A stretch of DNA of 64,000 nt from Escherichia phage cardinal. The notes beneath the pieces are model-generated. The model ran no database searches and had not been told where the DNA came from. It worked only from the letters and a program-made list of their open reading frames with translations. The DNA lies in sequence record PQ567651.1, one strand, 5' to 3'. The position numbers and the translations under genes were made by a program. Position 1 is the first letter of the stretch. Every line of letters starts with the position of its first letter. Positions 55,638 through 64,000 of the stretch are shown one piece after another.

Positions 55638-58052
55638 TTAAGCATTGTTGACAGTAACAAAAGTAACAGGGTTCAGAGCTTTAATTTGTGTATTCTCTGC
55701 TGTAGGTGTTACAATTGGATCTGCAATATCTATTGTGTACAAACTATTTGTCACATATGTAGCACGTGCTATAGTTGTCACAAGATCGCCGCCATTTGCA
55801 CCTGCACCTGGAATAACAATCTTAGTACCTGCTGCTTTAGCGTAGCCATTACTAGCCCAGTTTAAAGCATTAGACTGTAGATAGGTTTGACCTGTAACAG
55901 TTGCTTTTATTTTCTCGTTGGCACTAAAGAAAGCACCACCTACTGTAACAACATGTTTTTTACCGCTTGCACAATGAATAACTGTTCCAGTAGGGAATTC
56001 ACGCCCACCTGGGAATTCATCATAAGCTGTAAAATATTGTTCAGAAATAGTAGTTAAAACTGGCCCACGATGACCTGTACCATCAACAGCAGTTGGAACA
56101 CCAAAGTTATTTCCAACCTGATCGCAACGATCAGTGTAGATTTTAGCAAAAGAAACTGTTGTTTCATCTCCGCTAAGTGCTGTGCATCCTACCCACTTCA
56201 TATACGTGAATTGACTGCGAGTATAGAAACCGCCACCACTTCCTTCTCCGCTTCCGTGTTGACCAATAAAGTCAATACTACGGCAACGAATATTATTAAA
56301 GGTAGAGCTAGATGGTAGCCCACGCCATTTAAAAACATTACAATTGATATTACTAACAATTGTAGAGTTTTCCCAGGCATCTGATCCAGCCGTTGCAATC
56401 TCAATTGAAGATTCTGGAATATCCAAATTCTTAATTGTAAAGTTAATTGGTGGCCCCGCATATCTTCCACTGTTAACACCCCAGTCAATAAAGACCATGC
56501 GTGTTGAAACAGATGGATCATTAAGCAGATAACCAGTTAAACCATCAACTTCAAAATCTTGGCATCCGTATAATGCAACACCACAAGTAGTTAAACCTGT
56601 ACCTGTTGAAACTGCTGTGTTAGGATAAACTTCATTATCACGTATCGTGAAGTTTTTACCCATTTCAACGTGTAGACATTGACGGCAATTGTAAACCCTA
56701 TTCCCAACGATACTGAAGTTACGTACATATTGTGAATCAGGAACATCAACACCATATGGGCCACTACCTGCTACACCAATACCAATACCCCAGTTTGCAC
56801 CTTGTCCAGAAGCATCTACGTTAGCAATGTGGTTATTCTCGATAATCAAACCTTCAGTGTAGTGCTTTTGAACTACGTTAAGTTCAATAGCATCACCTTT
56901 GATATCGTGAATATAGTTGTTAGAGTAACGCCCATAGGTCATTACTTCTCCAGTACCTTGTTGCAGGATCGCATATTTACAACCATACATTTCGTTGTAA
57001 CTGAAGTCCAACGTACCTTCACTTGTCATTGCTTGCATTAAGAATGCTGCTGTAGATGTGGCGTTGGAGAAGATATTACGATAGAATCGGCAATCCCCAC
57101 CTAACATCTTAACATAACATTTTTCAAAGCGAACGTTTTCAATCCAGCAGGATACAGTAGAAATCATTGTTCCACCGTTACCAGTGAATGTACCACCATA
57201 CCAACGAATACCAGACATAGCAATTGAGCTTGTGAATCTATAATTCTTATCTGCACGTACTTGAATGTTATTCGTGTTAGCGAAAGTAATGGTTTTTAAA
57301 ATTGCTTGAGTATCATCGGTAACTCCATCACCAATTGCACCAAACTGCTCAGGCGTTACAAAGTATTGAGCTTGTAACAGGTTGCCTCCAGATGGAAGAC
57401 CAACCATTGCTGCACCAGTGGTAGATGACAAAAGGTTTTTCTCTACGTAAGAAGTAGAGGCTGTTGTTTTACCAATAAAAGCAAACAATTTGTTAGGTAG
57501 ACCAGTAGACGGATCTAAACCTAATGGTTCTGCCAGAATAATTTTACTATCTTTGATAGTAAATGCTTCACCTTGAATCTGAATTACACCGTTAATGGTG
57601 ACAATAGCATTATCAAAGATATAAGGAGGACTGATTTCTGTTTCATATCCTGTAGCACCTTTAAAATACCAAGGATATACATCTGAAGCTAACTGTTCAG
57701 TTTTAAGAGCGTACAGAGTCCAGTTACTGTCTCCTACAGGTGTACCCTGCATAGGTACAGGGTTCGCAGTAGTGGCAGATGGAGCATAATAGTACCCACT
57801 CAAGATACCGTTTTCAAAATAACGTAACTGGTTAAATACAGTTTCAGTTGATCCTGCTGACCAAGCAACAGGACTCTTAAAGAAGAAGTTATCAACAAGT
57901 GCTTTACGCAGTGTAGGTATTAAACCTGTTTCGGTTTCTACAGTTGCTGTAGCATCCCCATTAATAACATCATGCATCTGGTTAGACGAGAATATAACCA
58001 GATCAACACCTTGTTCTAGTGTCGTAGCAGGATATGTTGGAAAATTCGCCAT
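55638..58052 (-). CDS. tailspike protein (right-handed beta-helix / pectate-lyase-like)
   Basis: 804 aa; repetitive beta-helix-like segments (NNYIHDIKGDAIELN, IIENNHIANV, FSIVGNRVYN), typical of phage depolymerase tailspikes. Confidence 0.65.
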   Translation of the reverse strand: MANFPTYPATTLEQGVDLVIFSSNQMHDVINGDATATVETETGLIPTLRKALVDNFFFKSPVAWSAGSTETVFNQLRYFENGILSGYYYAPSATTANPVPMQGTPVGDSNWTLYALKTEQLASDVYPWYFKGATGYETEISPPYIFDNAIVTINGVIQIQGEAFTIKDSKIILAEPLGLDPSTGLPNKLFAFIGKTTASTSYVEKNLLSSTTGAAMVGLPSGGNLLQAQYFVTPEQFGAIGDGVTDDTQAILKTITFANTNNIQVRADKNYRFTSSIAMSGIRWYGGTFTGNGGTMISTVSCWIENVRFEKCYVKMLGGDCRFYRNIFSNATSTAAFLMQAMTSEGTLDFSYNEMYGCKYAILQQGTGEVMTYGRYSNNYIHDIKGDAIELNVVQKHYTEGLIIENNHIANVDASGQGANWGIGIGVAGSGPYGVDVPDSQYVRNFSIVGNRVYNCRQCLHVEMGKNFTIRDNEVYPNTAVSTGTGLTTCGVALYGCQDFEVDGLTGYLLNDPSVSTRMVFIDWGVNSGRYAGPPINFTIKNLDIPESSIEIATAGSDAWENSTIVSNINCNVFKWRGLPSSSTFNNIRCRSIDFIGQHGSGEGSGGGFYTRSQFTYMKWVGCTALSGDETTVSFAKIYTDRCDQVGNNFGVPTAVDGTGHRGPVLTTISEQYFTAYDEFPGGREFPTGTVIHCASGKKHVVTVGGAFFSANEKIKATVTGQTYLQSNALNWASNGYAKAAGTKIVIPGAGANGGDLVTTIARATYVTNSLYTIDIADPIVTPTAENTQIKALNPVTFVTVNNA

Positions 58053-58393
58053 TAATTTTTGTCCTTACTTTGTGTGCGCTTTGTAATCTCCTCTAGCATT
58101 AATTGAACAGGAGCATTTTTTAAATCCATTATTTTTTCAATCTTCTGTTCTAAGGCAGTATTATTTGCCATTAATGTAGAGTTGATCTGGTTAAGCATTT
58201 GAGCAAGTTCTGCTTTGGTAGCATAAGTGGATTCAACAAACACCAACTTCTTTTCTAGTTCGCGGTACTTGTCTTCCATTTTGTCCAAATCACTTGCCAT
58301 ATCATCTATCTTCTGTTTGAAGACCACCCAGATTACGCCAATAAGAGGGATAATCGCCTCTTTAGCGATATCCCATACTTCTGTTAGCTCCAT
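58052..58393 (-). CDS. hypothetical protein with N-terminal hydrophobic helix and coiled coil
   Basis: 113 aa; AIIPLIGVIWVVF then heptad-like region; possible holin-like or fibre-assembly role, uncertain. Confidence 0.4.
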   Translation of the reverse strand: MELTEVWDIAKEAIIPLIGVIWVVFKQKIDDMASDLDKMEDKYRELEKKLVFVESTYATKAELAQMLNQINSTLMANNTALEQKIEKIMDLKNAPVQLMLEEITKRTQSKDKN

Positions 58394-58402
58394 ACATTAC
58401 CC

Positions 58403-58954
58403 CTATTTCTTAGGTCTTGTAGGCCAAGTTATATTAGGTGCATCTTCAACGTTAATTTGAATTAATGTTGCACGATAGAGTTTAACTTTTCCTAACCAAT
58501 CTTTTTGTTCTTCAGATAAACCTTGTAATTCCTCTAAATCTTGAATCGCAGACACTTGATTCGTAGCCCAAGTTAACTCCTTTTCTAACTTAAGAGTAGC
58601 ATCTTCAATAGCAAGACTATTGTGAGGAACAAATTTACCTTCAACATATTGCCAAGAGCCAATATTACTTTCATCTTCTATTTTATCTGGTGCATTATAT
58701 GTAACTAAAATAGATTGTCCGGCAGGGAAATAGGTAGTAACATCTTTAGTAGCACCACGTACAATATTATTATCATCTAAGGTAATAAAATAAGCGTCGG
58801 GATATTCAGCCATCAAGGTTTTTTGAAGTTGATACCAATCATTACCATCCTTGTCTTGCAAAAAACCACCGCCAACAGAAAGATAAAGAATGTTTTCCTC
58901 TGTTAATTCCGGTTCGTACAATTCAAAACCTGTAAAAATAACATCTTTTTTCAT
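58403..58954 (-). CDS. hypothetical tail-associated protein
   Basis: 183-aa ORF inside the late tail block. Confidence 0.45.
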   Translation of the reverse strand: MKKDVIFTGFELYEPELTEENILYLSVGGGFLQDKDGNDWYQLQKTLMAEYPDAYFITLDDNNIVRGATKDVTTYFPAGQSILVTYNAPDKIEDESNIGSWQYVEGKFVPHNSLAIEDATLKLEKELTWATNQVSAIQDLEELQGLSEEQKDWLGKVKLYRATLIQINVEDAPNITWPTRPKK

Positions 58955-58963
58955 AGACTCTCC

Positions 58964-59947
58964 TTATGAAACGTTGGTTACTGTTATCCAGCTACCATTA
59001 ATATAATATTGTAGCGGGGCTGACCAATACCAAGCACCACGAAGTTCTTTCTTATCACCAAAGCCCCAACCTGTGATCACGTGACCAGCATAGAAACGAG
59101 ACTCAGACACACCAGCTTGGATACGTGCTCCTAGACGGATAGCAGACACAACAGAAGAAACTCTATTGTTAATGTTATTAATTTGGCCTTGCAAGTTGCT
59201 ATTAACGTTGTTAATATTATTTTGCAGTGTGCTTTGCAATGAGTTTAGTCTTGAGTTAAGATAATCTAATCTTACAAGGGCATTACCATTACCAGTATCT
59301 TGACCAGAATTAGAACGAGGGTTGTCTATTAAAACATAACCTGCATCATACAAACGGACTCCACAAGATGTTCCTCCAGTAGATGGATTTATTCTATAAA
59401 TATAGAGTTGACCACCTGCACCTGGTTCAGAAGACATATTGCCTACTGTTTGTCCGTTATAGTTTCTAAAAAATAATGTTGCAGGATCTGTAGCACTTGT
59501 ACCACAAGTGTAAATATCACCTGCATAGATAGCACCACCATTATCACGCTTAACAAGGACATTCCCTACAACTTGGTTTGATGTTGCGTCTGTAATGTTA
59601 GCTGATAAGTGATTATGGCTGTTATCTACTACTTGAATAGACAATGTTACAGCAGCATTACCATTCCATGTAACTTCACCTGTAGTATCACCTGCCATTG
59701 TAATTTTAGTACCGACTATAGGAAGATATGTCGTAGGCAATGTTGGGAAGAATTCATCTTGCATATAGCGAATCCAAGACCCAATATTGTTTAAGATCCA
59801 GTTCATTTCTTCACAAGTCATAATCTGACCAAAGTCCATACCAACATTACGGATGGTTTCTTTTGGTCTAATCTTGTTTGTGTTTCCCGTTCCTGGGAGG
59901 GTTACTGTTTGTGTCGCCCAGTCAGGGTAGTATTGTGGCTTTGCCAT
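58964..59947 (-). CDS. putative tail fibre / receptor-binding protein
   Basis: 327 aa; N/Q/S-rich repeats (NNINNVNSNLQGQINNINN) typical of fibre shafts. Confidence 0.45.
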   Translation of the reverse strand: MAKPQYYPDWATQTVTLPGTGNTNKIRPKETIRNVGMDFGQIMTCEEMNWILNNIGSWIRYMQDEFFPTLPTTYLPIVGTKITMAGDTTGEVTWNGNAAVTLSIQVVDNSHNHLSANITDATSNQVVGNVLVKRDNGGAIYAGDIYTCGTSATDPATLFFRNYNGQTVGNMSSEPGAGGQLYIYRINPSTGGTSCGVRLYDAGYVLIDNPRSNSGQDTGNGNALVRLDYLNSRLNSLQSTLQNNINNVNSNLQGQINNINNRVSSVVSAIRLGARIQAGVSESRFYAGHVITGWGFGDKKELRGAWYWSAPLQYYINGSWITVTNVS

Positions 59948-59960
59948 TAAGGGTAACTCC

Positions 59961-60590
59961 TTATTCTATTTGAGCTATCAGCATAGTCATTCGCCCTGTA
60001 TCATCTCCTTCAGCCTCTGTGTAAAGAGAACCTAAACCACCTATACCATGAGGTGGCTTAGTGGCATAATAGGAAGTGAAACCAAAGGCTGCACCCGCTT
60101 TCGCACCTAAGCGATAACTGCTTAGTATCGGGAAAACGTTAAGTAACTGTGCTACTGCCTGATCGGATTGTAGACACAAATTATAAAAGAATACGTCGAA
60201 TGTTTTATTTAATCCAACGTATGTATTAATCGTTTCTTTTTCTGTTCCTGTAAAACGAGCGAACATATCAATGATATCATCTCGCGTACCAGAAGACGCA
60301 ACACGATAAGCCCTGATTTTTAATATTGTACGATACTCTTCATCTGTAGCACCATTTCTTTCCATCCCCATTTCTTCACCAATAAGATCTAAATACTTAC
60401 CAGTTGCAGTAGAGATTAAGCGGTGTTTGGCAAGATAGATCATTGCCTGATCTATCTTTTGTTTTTCGCTAGAAATGATATAGAGTAGTTTGACAATGTT
60501 CGGAGAAGATTTAAAATCTTCAATCAGTAGGTCTTTAACATCTTCATTGATACTATCCCACGTTGTCACATGGTCAACACTCACTGCCAT
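59961..60590 (-). CDS. putative baseplate protein
   Basis: 209-aa ORF immediately upstream of the baseplate J-like gene, translationally coupled. Confidence 0.4.
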   Translation of the reverse strand: MAVSVDHVTTWDSINEDVKDLLIEDFKSSPNIVKLLYIISSEKQKIDQAMIYLAKHRLISTATGKYLDLIGEEMGMERNGATDEEYRTILKIRAYRVASSGTRDDIIDMFARFTGTEKETINTYVGLNKTFDVFFYNLCLQSDQAVAQLLNVFPILSSYRLGAKAGAAFGFTSYYATKPPHGIGGLGSLYTEAEGDDTGRMTMLIAQIE

Positions 60591-60592
60591 TT

Positions 60593-62080
60593 TTAGACTC
60601 CGTACTCGTAGGAAATATTATCAAGGTCAAAGGATGGTACAACATTGTACGCTGGAGTGATATCTCCCTCATTATATTTACTGTCATCCTCAGTATTAAG
60701 TTTAACATAAACACGGAGAGAAGTCAAGCGTCCGAACGCAAGTGCAGAATAAATTACACCTTTTATCTGATCGTTAGTTACTGTTGACCCTAACTCAAAA
60801 TAAGCCTGTAGATTTGAAAGAGCAGAAACAATATTTTCTCTTTCTGTTGTACTTAACACACTACCATTGCCAGTTTGATATATTAGTTTAAGTGAATATT
60901 CAGCATTGTCACCAGGAGAAAAACGAATTACTTCTTGACCGCCATCTTCTGTTACGATAGTAATTGCTGTTGTACCATAGGTTAAGGTGTTAATAGGCTT
61001 AGTATTATAAATAACCTGTGCAACTTCTTCTGCTGTACCACCATACACAATAGTCTGGAATGTCATAGCTGGAGCATGTTCCTGATCATGTAATGTAGGG
61101 TTATCATAAATCTTAACCTTTGTCACACCATCTGTCAGTAGCAGGGCTTTAACAATAGCAGCACGAGTAGCAGCATTAGCTTCATCCATATTATCATTGA
61201 AACGAGAACGGAATTCTGCATCTGTTTCAACATCCGTACCTGGAGAGAATGGGTAGAAGTTACCTGTATCTAAAAAGCCTGTAAACGTTGAAGAAATACC
61301 TGTAATACTTTCTGTACCTACTGGATTATAACCAACGTCTGAACACGTAACTGGAATTTCACTCCATTTTGTACCAATTGCAATAGATGCGTAAAATTTC
61401 ACTGGTGTTACTAGACCTATTGGGTTAACATTATCTTCTGGATTATAACCCATGTAAACATTACTAGCATCATTCCATACTAAAGCACGATCTGTTGTTG
61501 ATACGTTAGCTTTAATGAAATTCGTGAGATCTACAATAAAGTTTGTATTGCTAGGACTTAGTGTTTTACTGTTAAGCCCACCATCAATGGCACTTTGAAT
61601 GTAGAAAGTAATGGAAGTTTCACCAGAAGCTGTTGCGTTTGCTTTAGAAATGGTATATGCTCCAATCTTAGCATTCAACATTGTCGGTGCACTGACATAA
61701 TATGTTAAATCGTTATCAGCATTAAAATAAACATCTGTGCTTAGTTCATAAGTCCAAGCTGCCTTATTGTTAGATTTAACATAAGCATAACCACTACCAG
61801 CAGAAGCAGCTTTACGATAAAAACCTCTTTTAGAGAAGATTTCATCAAGGTAAATACCTTCTGCACCATCTAAGGTTTGGGTATTGTAAACACCTTGCAT
61901 ACCTTCCCAAAGGGTGTAATCTGTATATGCAATAATACGAAACAGTTGACCAAAGACAGTATCTTCGGATGTAGCTGTATCTGCACCGAAAGTGTTTTTC
62001 AATGCTGTCATATAATTATTTAAAATATCATCAAACGTTGGAATTACAAAACCAGCATCTGTTAAACCATAATCTGCCAT
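60593..62080 (-). CDS. baseplate J-like (baseplate wedge) protein
   Basis: N-terminal GFVIPTFDDILNNYMTALKNTFGAD...GQLFRIIAY...AEGIYLDEIFSKRGFYRKAASAGSG resembles the Baseplate_J family. Confidence 0.5.
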   Translation of the reverse strand: MADYGLTDAGFVIPTFDDILNNYMTALKNTFGADTATSEDTVFGQLFRIIAYTDYTLWEGMQGVYNTQTLDGAEGIYLDEIFSKRGFYRKAASAGSGYAYVKSNNKAAWTYELSTDVYFNADNDLTYYVSAPTMLNAKIGAYTISKANATASGETSITFYIQSAIDGGLNSKTLSPSNTNFIVDLTNFIKANVSTTDRALVWNDASNVYMGYNPEDNVNPIGLVTPVKFYASIAIGTKWSEIPVTCSDVGYNPVGTESITGISSTFTGFLDTGNFYPFSPGTDVETDAEFRSRFNDNMDEANAATRAAIVKALLLTDGVTKVKIYDNPTLHDQEHAPAMTFQTIVYGGTAEEVAQVIYNTKPINTLTYGTTAITIVTEDGGQEVIRFSPGDNAEYSLKLIYQTGNGSVLSTTERENIVSALSNLQAYFELGSTVTNDQIKGVIYSALAFGRLTSLRVYVKLNTEDDSKYNEGDITPAYNVVPSFDLDNISYEYGV

Positions 62081-62325
62081 TAGTTATCCTCCTTATCAGG
62101 GGCAGGTGATCTGCCCCAACGTAAATCTATTAAATTCTTCATTAGTCTGGATGGTGTGATCATAAAAACAAAAGCCCAGCCCATCCATTCAGGAATTTCT
62201 TTTTCTATTCCTAAAAAGATAAACATGCCTGTCATGGTTAGCATTCCCAGTGCGTTCCACACTTTAGTAGAACTGATTTTGTTGTTTGGATAAGTACAAA
62301 ATATTCCGATTAAAAACTTTCTCAT
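62080..62325 (-). CDS. hypothetical small membrane protein
   Basis: 81 aa with hydrophobic helices. Confidence 0.4.
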   Translation of the reverse strand: MRKFLIGIFCTYPNNKISSTKVWNALGMLTMTGMFIFLGIEKEIPEWMGWAFVFMITPSRLMKNLIDLRWGRSPAPDKEDN

Positions 62326-62656
62326 GGTGCGTTCTCATTACTTTTTAAATCACGATATACAGCTAATTCCCCAAGGTCTACAGAACAGAGGCTAAAGAGG
62401 CCTTTCTCGTGGCATCAGGTTGATCCACGACAAGATCGTTTGATAAAGTTACAACCCCAGTGCTATCAAGATCTGAGATAGCTACTGTTGGGCGACTAGT
62501 GGTGTAATTTAACATTTACTTTTCCTTTTATACGTTATGCACTGAACACCACCTGAAGGAGATGATTTCCCCTTCAGGGTGATGATACTCAGTCGCTTGT
62601 TCTTGTTGTGTCGTAAAGTGCGGCAAGCCACACAAACCATCTATTAACGTGTGTGC

Positions 62657-62685
62657 ATTATAACTTGTGCACACAAAGTTGTCAA
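62657..62685 (-). promoter_or_regulatory. consensus sigma70 promoter (TTGACA, 17-nt spacer, TATAAT)
   Basis: On the minus strand a perfect TTGACA at 62685-62680 and a perfect TATAAT at 62662-62657, embedded in a gtgtgca/tgcacac palindrome. Confidence 0.55.
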
Positions 62686-62773
62686 TGTTTTTGAAACATT
62701 GCGGTGTGATGATACTCTGTTTTGATAAATAGCATCAAAAGAAGAGGAGCACTTAACCCCTATTGATCAATAT

Positions 62774-64000
62774 TTATTCGGTTACGGTTTTTCTAGATAT
62801 TTCATCCCATTGGTTCGTGTAAAATTTAGTTAACGTCAATGTTTCTCCAGCTTGCATAGAGAATGAGGTATTCCCTTTAAGACGTATACCGGATGAATTA
62901 TGAGAAATAACCGTTCCATTAACTGTGGCCCTAATCTTAATTGTCTGGCCCAACACACCATCAGTGAAATCGGTTATGGTAGTGGCATCGCTCAGGATGA
63001 TCGTATCTCTGTCTTTGACTGATGGTGTAGAGTTACCTTTGTAGGACAAAATTGGACCGAAATCCCCAGAATAATCTGTAGTATTACCAGCTACATAAGC
63101 AGAAATCAACTTATAACTAAGAGTAGATAATATTCCTGTAGTATTCCCTGTGACTCTACCGCCCATTATTGAACAACCGGAAGCTGCAATCACGATCCCT
63201 CTGTTGTTCCGAATTACGCTCCCCACTTTGATAACAGCATTTATTGAAGAACAATAGATTCCATCTCCCGAATTATCCTTACATTCTGATACATCAATCG
63301 TAGGGGTATCACATTTTGTTATTGACAGACCAGCCATAGTATTTTCTCTGGAAGTGTGCGAAAGAATTTCAATATTGTTTAAAGTTGGATATAACGCATT
63401 ATCAGCACCTGTGAGAACCCCATTTTGTGTGTTGGAAATAGTGATATTACCCACACATTTAACATTATGATGATTAAAGATATACAACCCGCTACGGGAA
63501 CATGCTTTAATAATATTGTTAGCAACAACGACAGTAGAATTTGGTTTAAATGATTCAGAATTGGCGTTAGTCCCTACCCCCTGCTGTAGTGCATCTGAAA
63601 TCATAATCCCATAATAAGCCCCACGAGAAATTATATTATTGGAAATAATGGCTTCAGATGTTGCGTTCACACCAATACACGCTGGTGAAAGTGTCGTAGA
63701 ATCGGTGTTTTGATTTGTGAGATCTATGGTATTCCCAATCACTTTGATACCTTCGGCAGACAAAATGTATATCCCTGATCCGTAAGTATATGTTTGGGTT
63801 GTGGTATTAAGAACATTACCATAAATATTCTTAATGGTGTTCCCTTGTACCAATGTATTGGTGAGTGTCCCTGTCTTTGTTTCCAGATTGTTATAAACGA
63901 CTATACCATACCGCGTACAATTTTCAATAGTATTGTTAACTATTCTGTTGGCATTAGAATGGTCCCCATCATCAATTGTTTGCAAAACAATAGCAGTATC
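62774..64000 (-). CDS. beta-helix tailspike-like protein, 5' end beyond window
   Basis: Repetitive beta-helix-like segments (NTIENCTRYGIVVYNN, NNIISRGAYYGIMISD, NNIIKACSRSGLYIFNHHN); frame remains open to the window edge. Confidence 0.55.
   Translation of the reverse strand, partial: DTAIVLQTIDDGDHSNANRIVNNTIENCTRYGIVVYNNLETKTGTLTNTLVQGNTIKNIYGNVLNTTTQTYTYGSGIYILSAEGIKVIGNTIDLTNQNTDSTTLSPACIGVNATSEAIISNNIISRGAYYGIMISDALQQGVGTNANSESFKPNSTVVVANNIIKACSRSGLYIFNHHNVKCVGNITISNTQNGVLTGADNALYPTLNNIEILSHTSRENTMAGLSITKCDTPTIDVSECKDNSGDGIYCSSINAVIKVGSVIRNNRGIVIAASGCSIMGGRVTGNTTGILSTLSYKLISAYVAGNTTDYSGDFGPILSYKGNSTPSVKDRDTIILSDATTITDFTDGVLGQTIKIRATVNGTVISHNSSGIRLKGNTSFSMQAGETLTLTKFYTNQWDEISRKTVTE

Noticed and set aside
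1-64000. Prophage boundaries, integrase or attachment sites
   Set aside because: No integrase, repressor or host-like flanking genes; content is uniformly phage-like (replication, nucleotide metabolism, tail genes), consistent with a virulent phage segment.

Overview
This window reads as a contiguous segment of a large virulent tailed phage genome, probably from a Gram-negative (enterobacteria-like) host; nothing indicates an integrated prophage. All calls rest on motifs read by eye in the translations; no database search was run. Layout: (1) 1-6150, a minus-strand block of small early-type genes, most preceded by a sigma70-like promoter plus a GC-rich palindrome; (2) 6150-8330, a largely non-coding region with Fur-box-like palindromes and three tandem ~72-bp repeats; (3) 8332-12909, minus-strand accessory genes including a NADAR-domain protein; (4) 12969-51673, a long plus-strand block with small early ORFs, a UvrD-like helicase carrying an intein, nrdD split by a 280-nt group I intron, nrdG, a T7 gp4-like primase-helicase, a family A DNA polymerase carrying an intein, an SSB-like protein and a DNA methyltransferase; (5) 51709-end, minus-strand late genes for tail fibres, tailspikes and baseplate. 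The most unusual content is a phage-borne ter-like cluster (TerC, TelA, TerY-like vWA, TerD) sitting next to a HAD hydrolase, a phosphoribosyltransferase and a TARG1/DarG-type macrodomain. Together with the NADAR protein this suggests ADP-ribosylation reversal and a nucleotide-derived metabolite pathway as candidate counter-defence functions. Further points of interest are a four-gene glycosyltransferase cassette, a tRNA-related trio (class II aaRS-like core, YqeY domain, CCA-type nucleotidyltransferase) and two homopolymer-associated frame disruptions.
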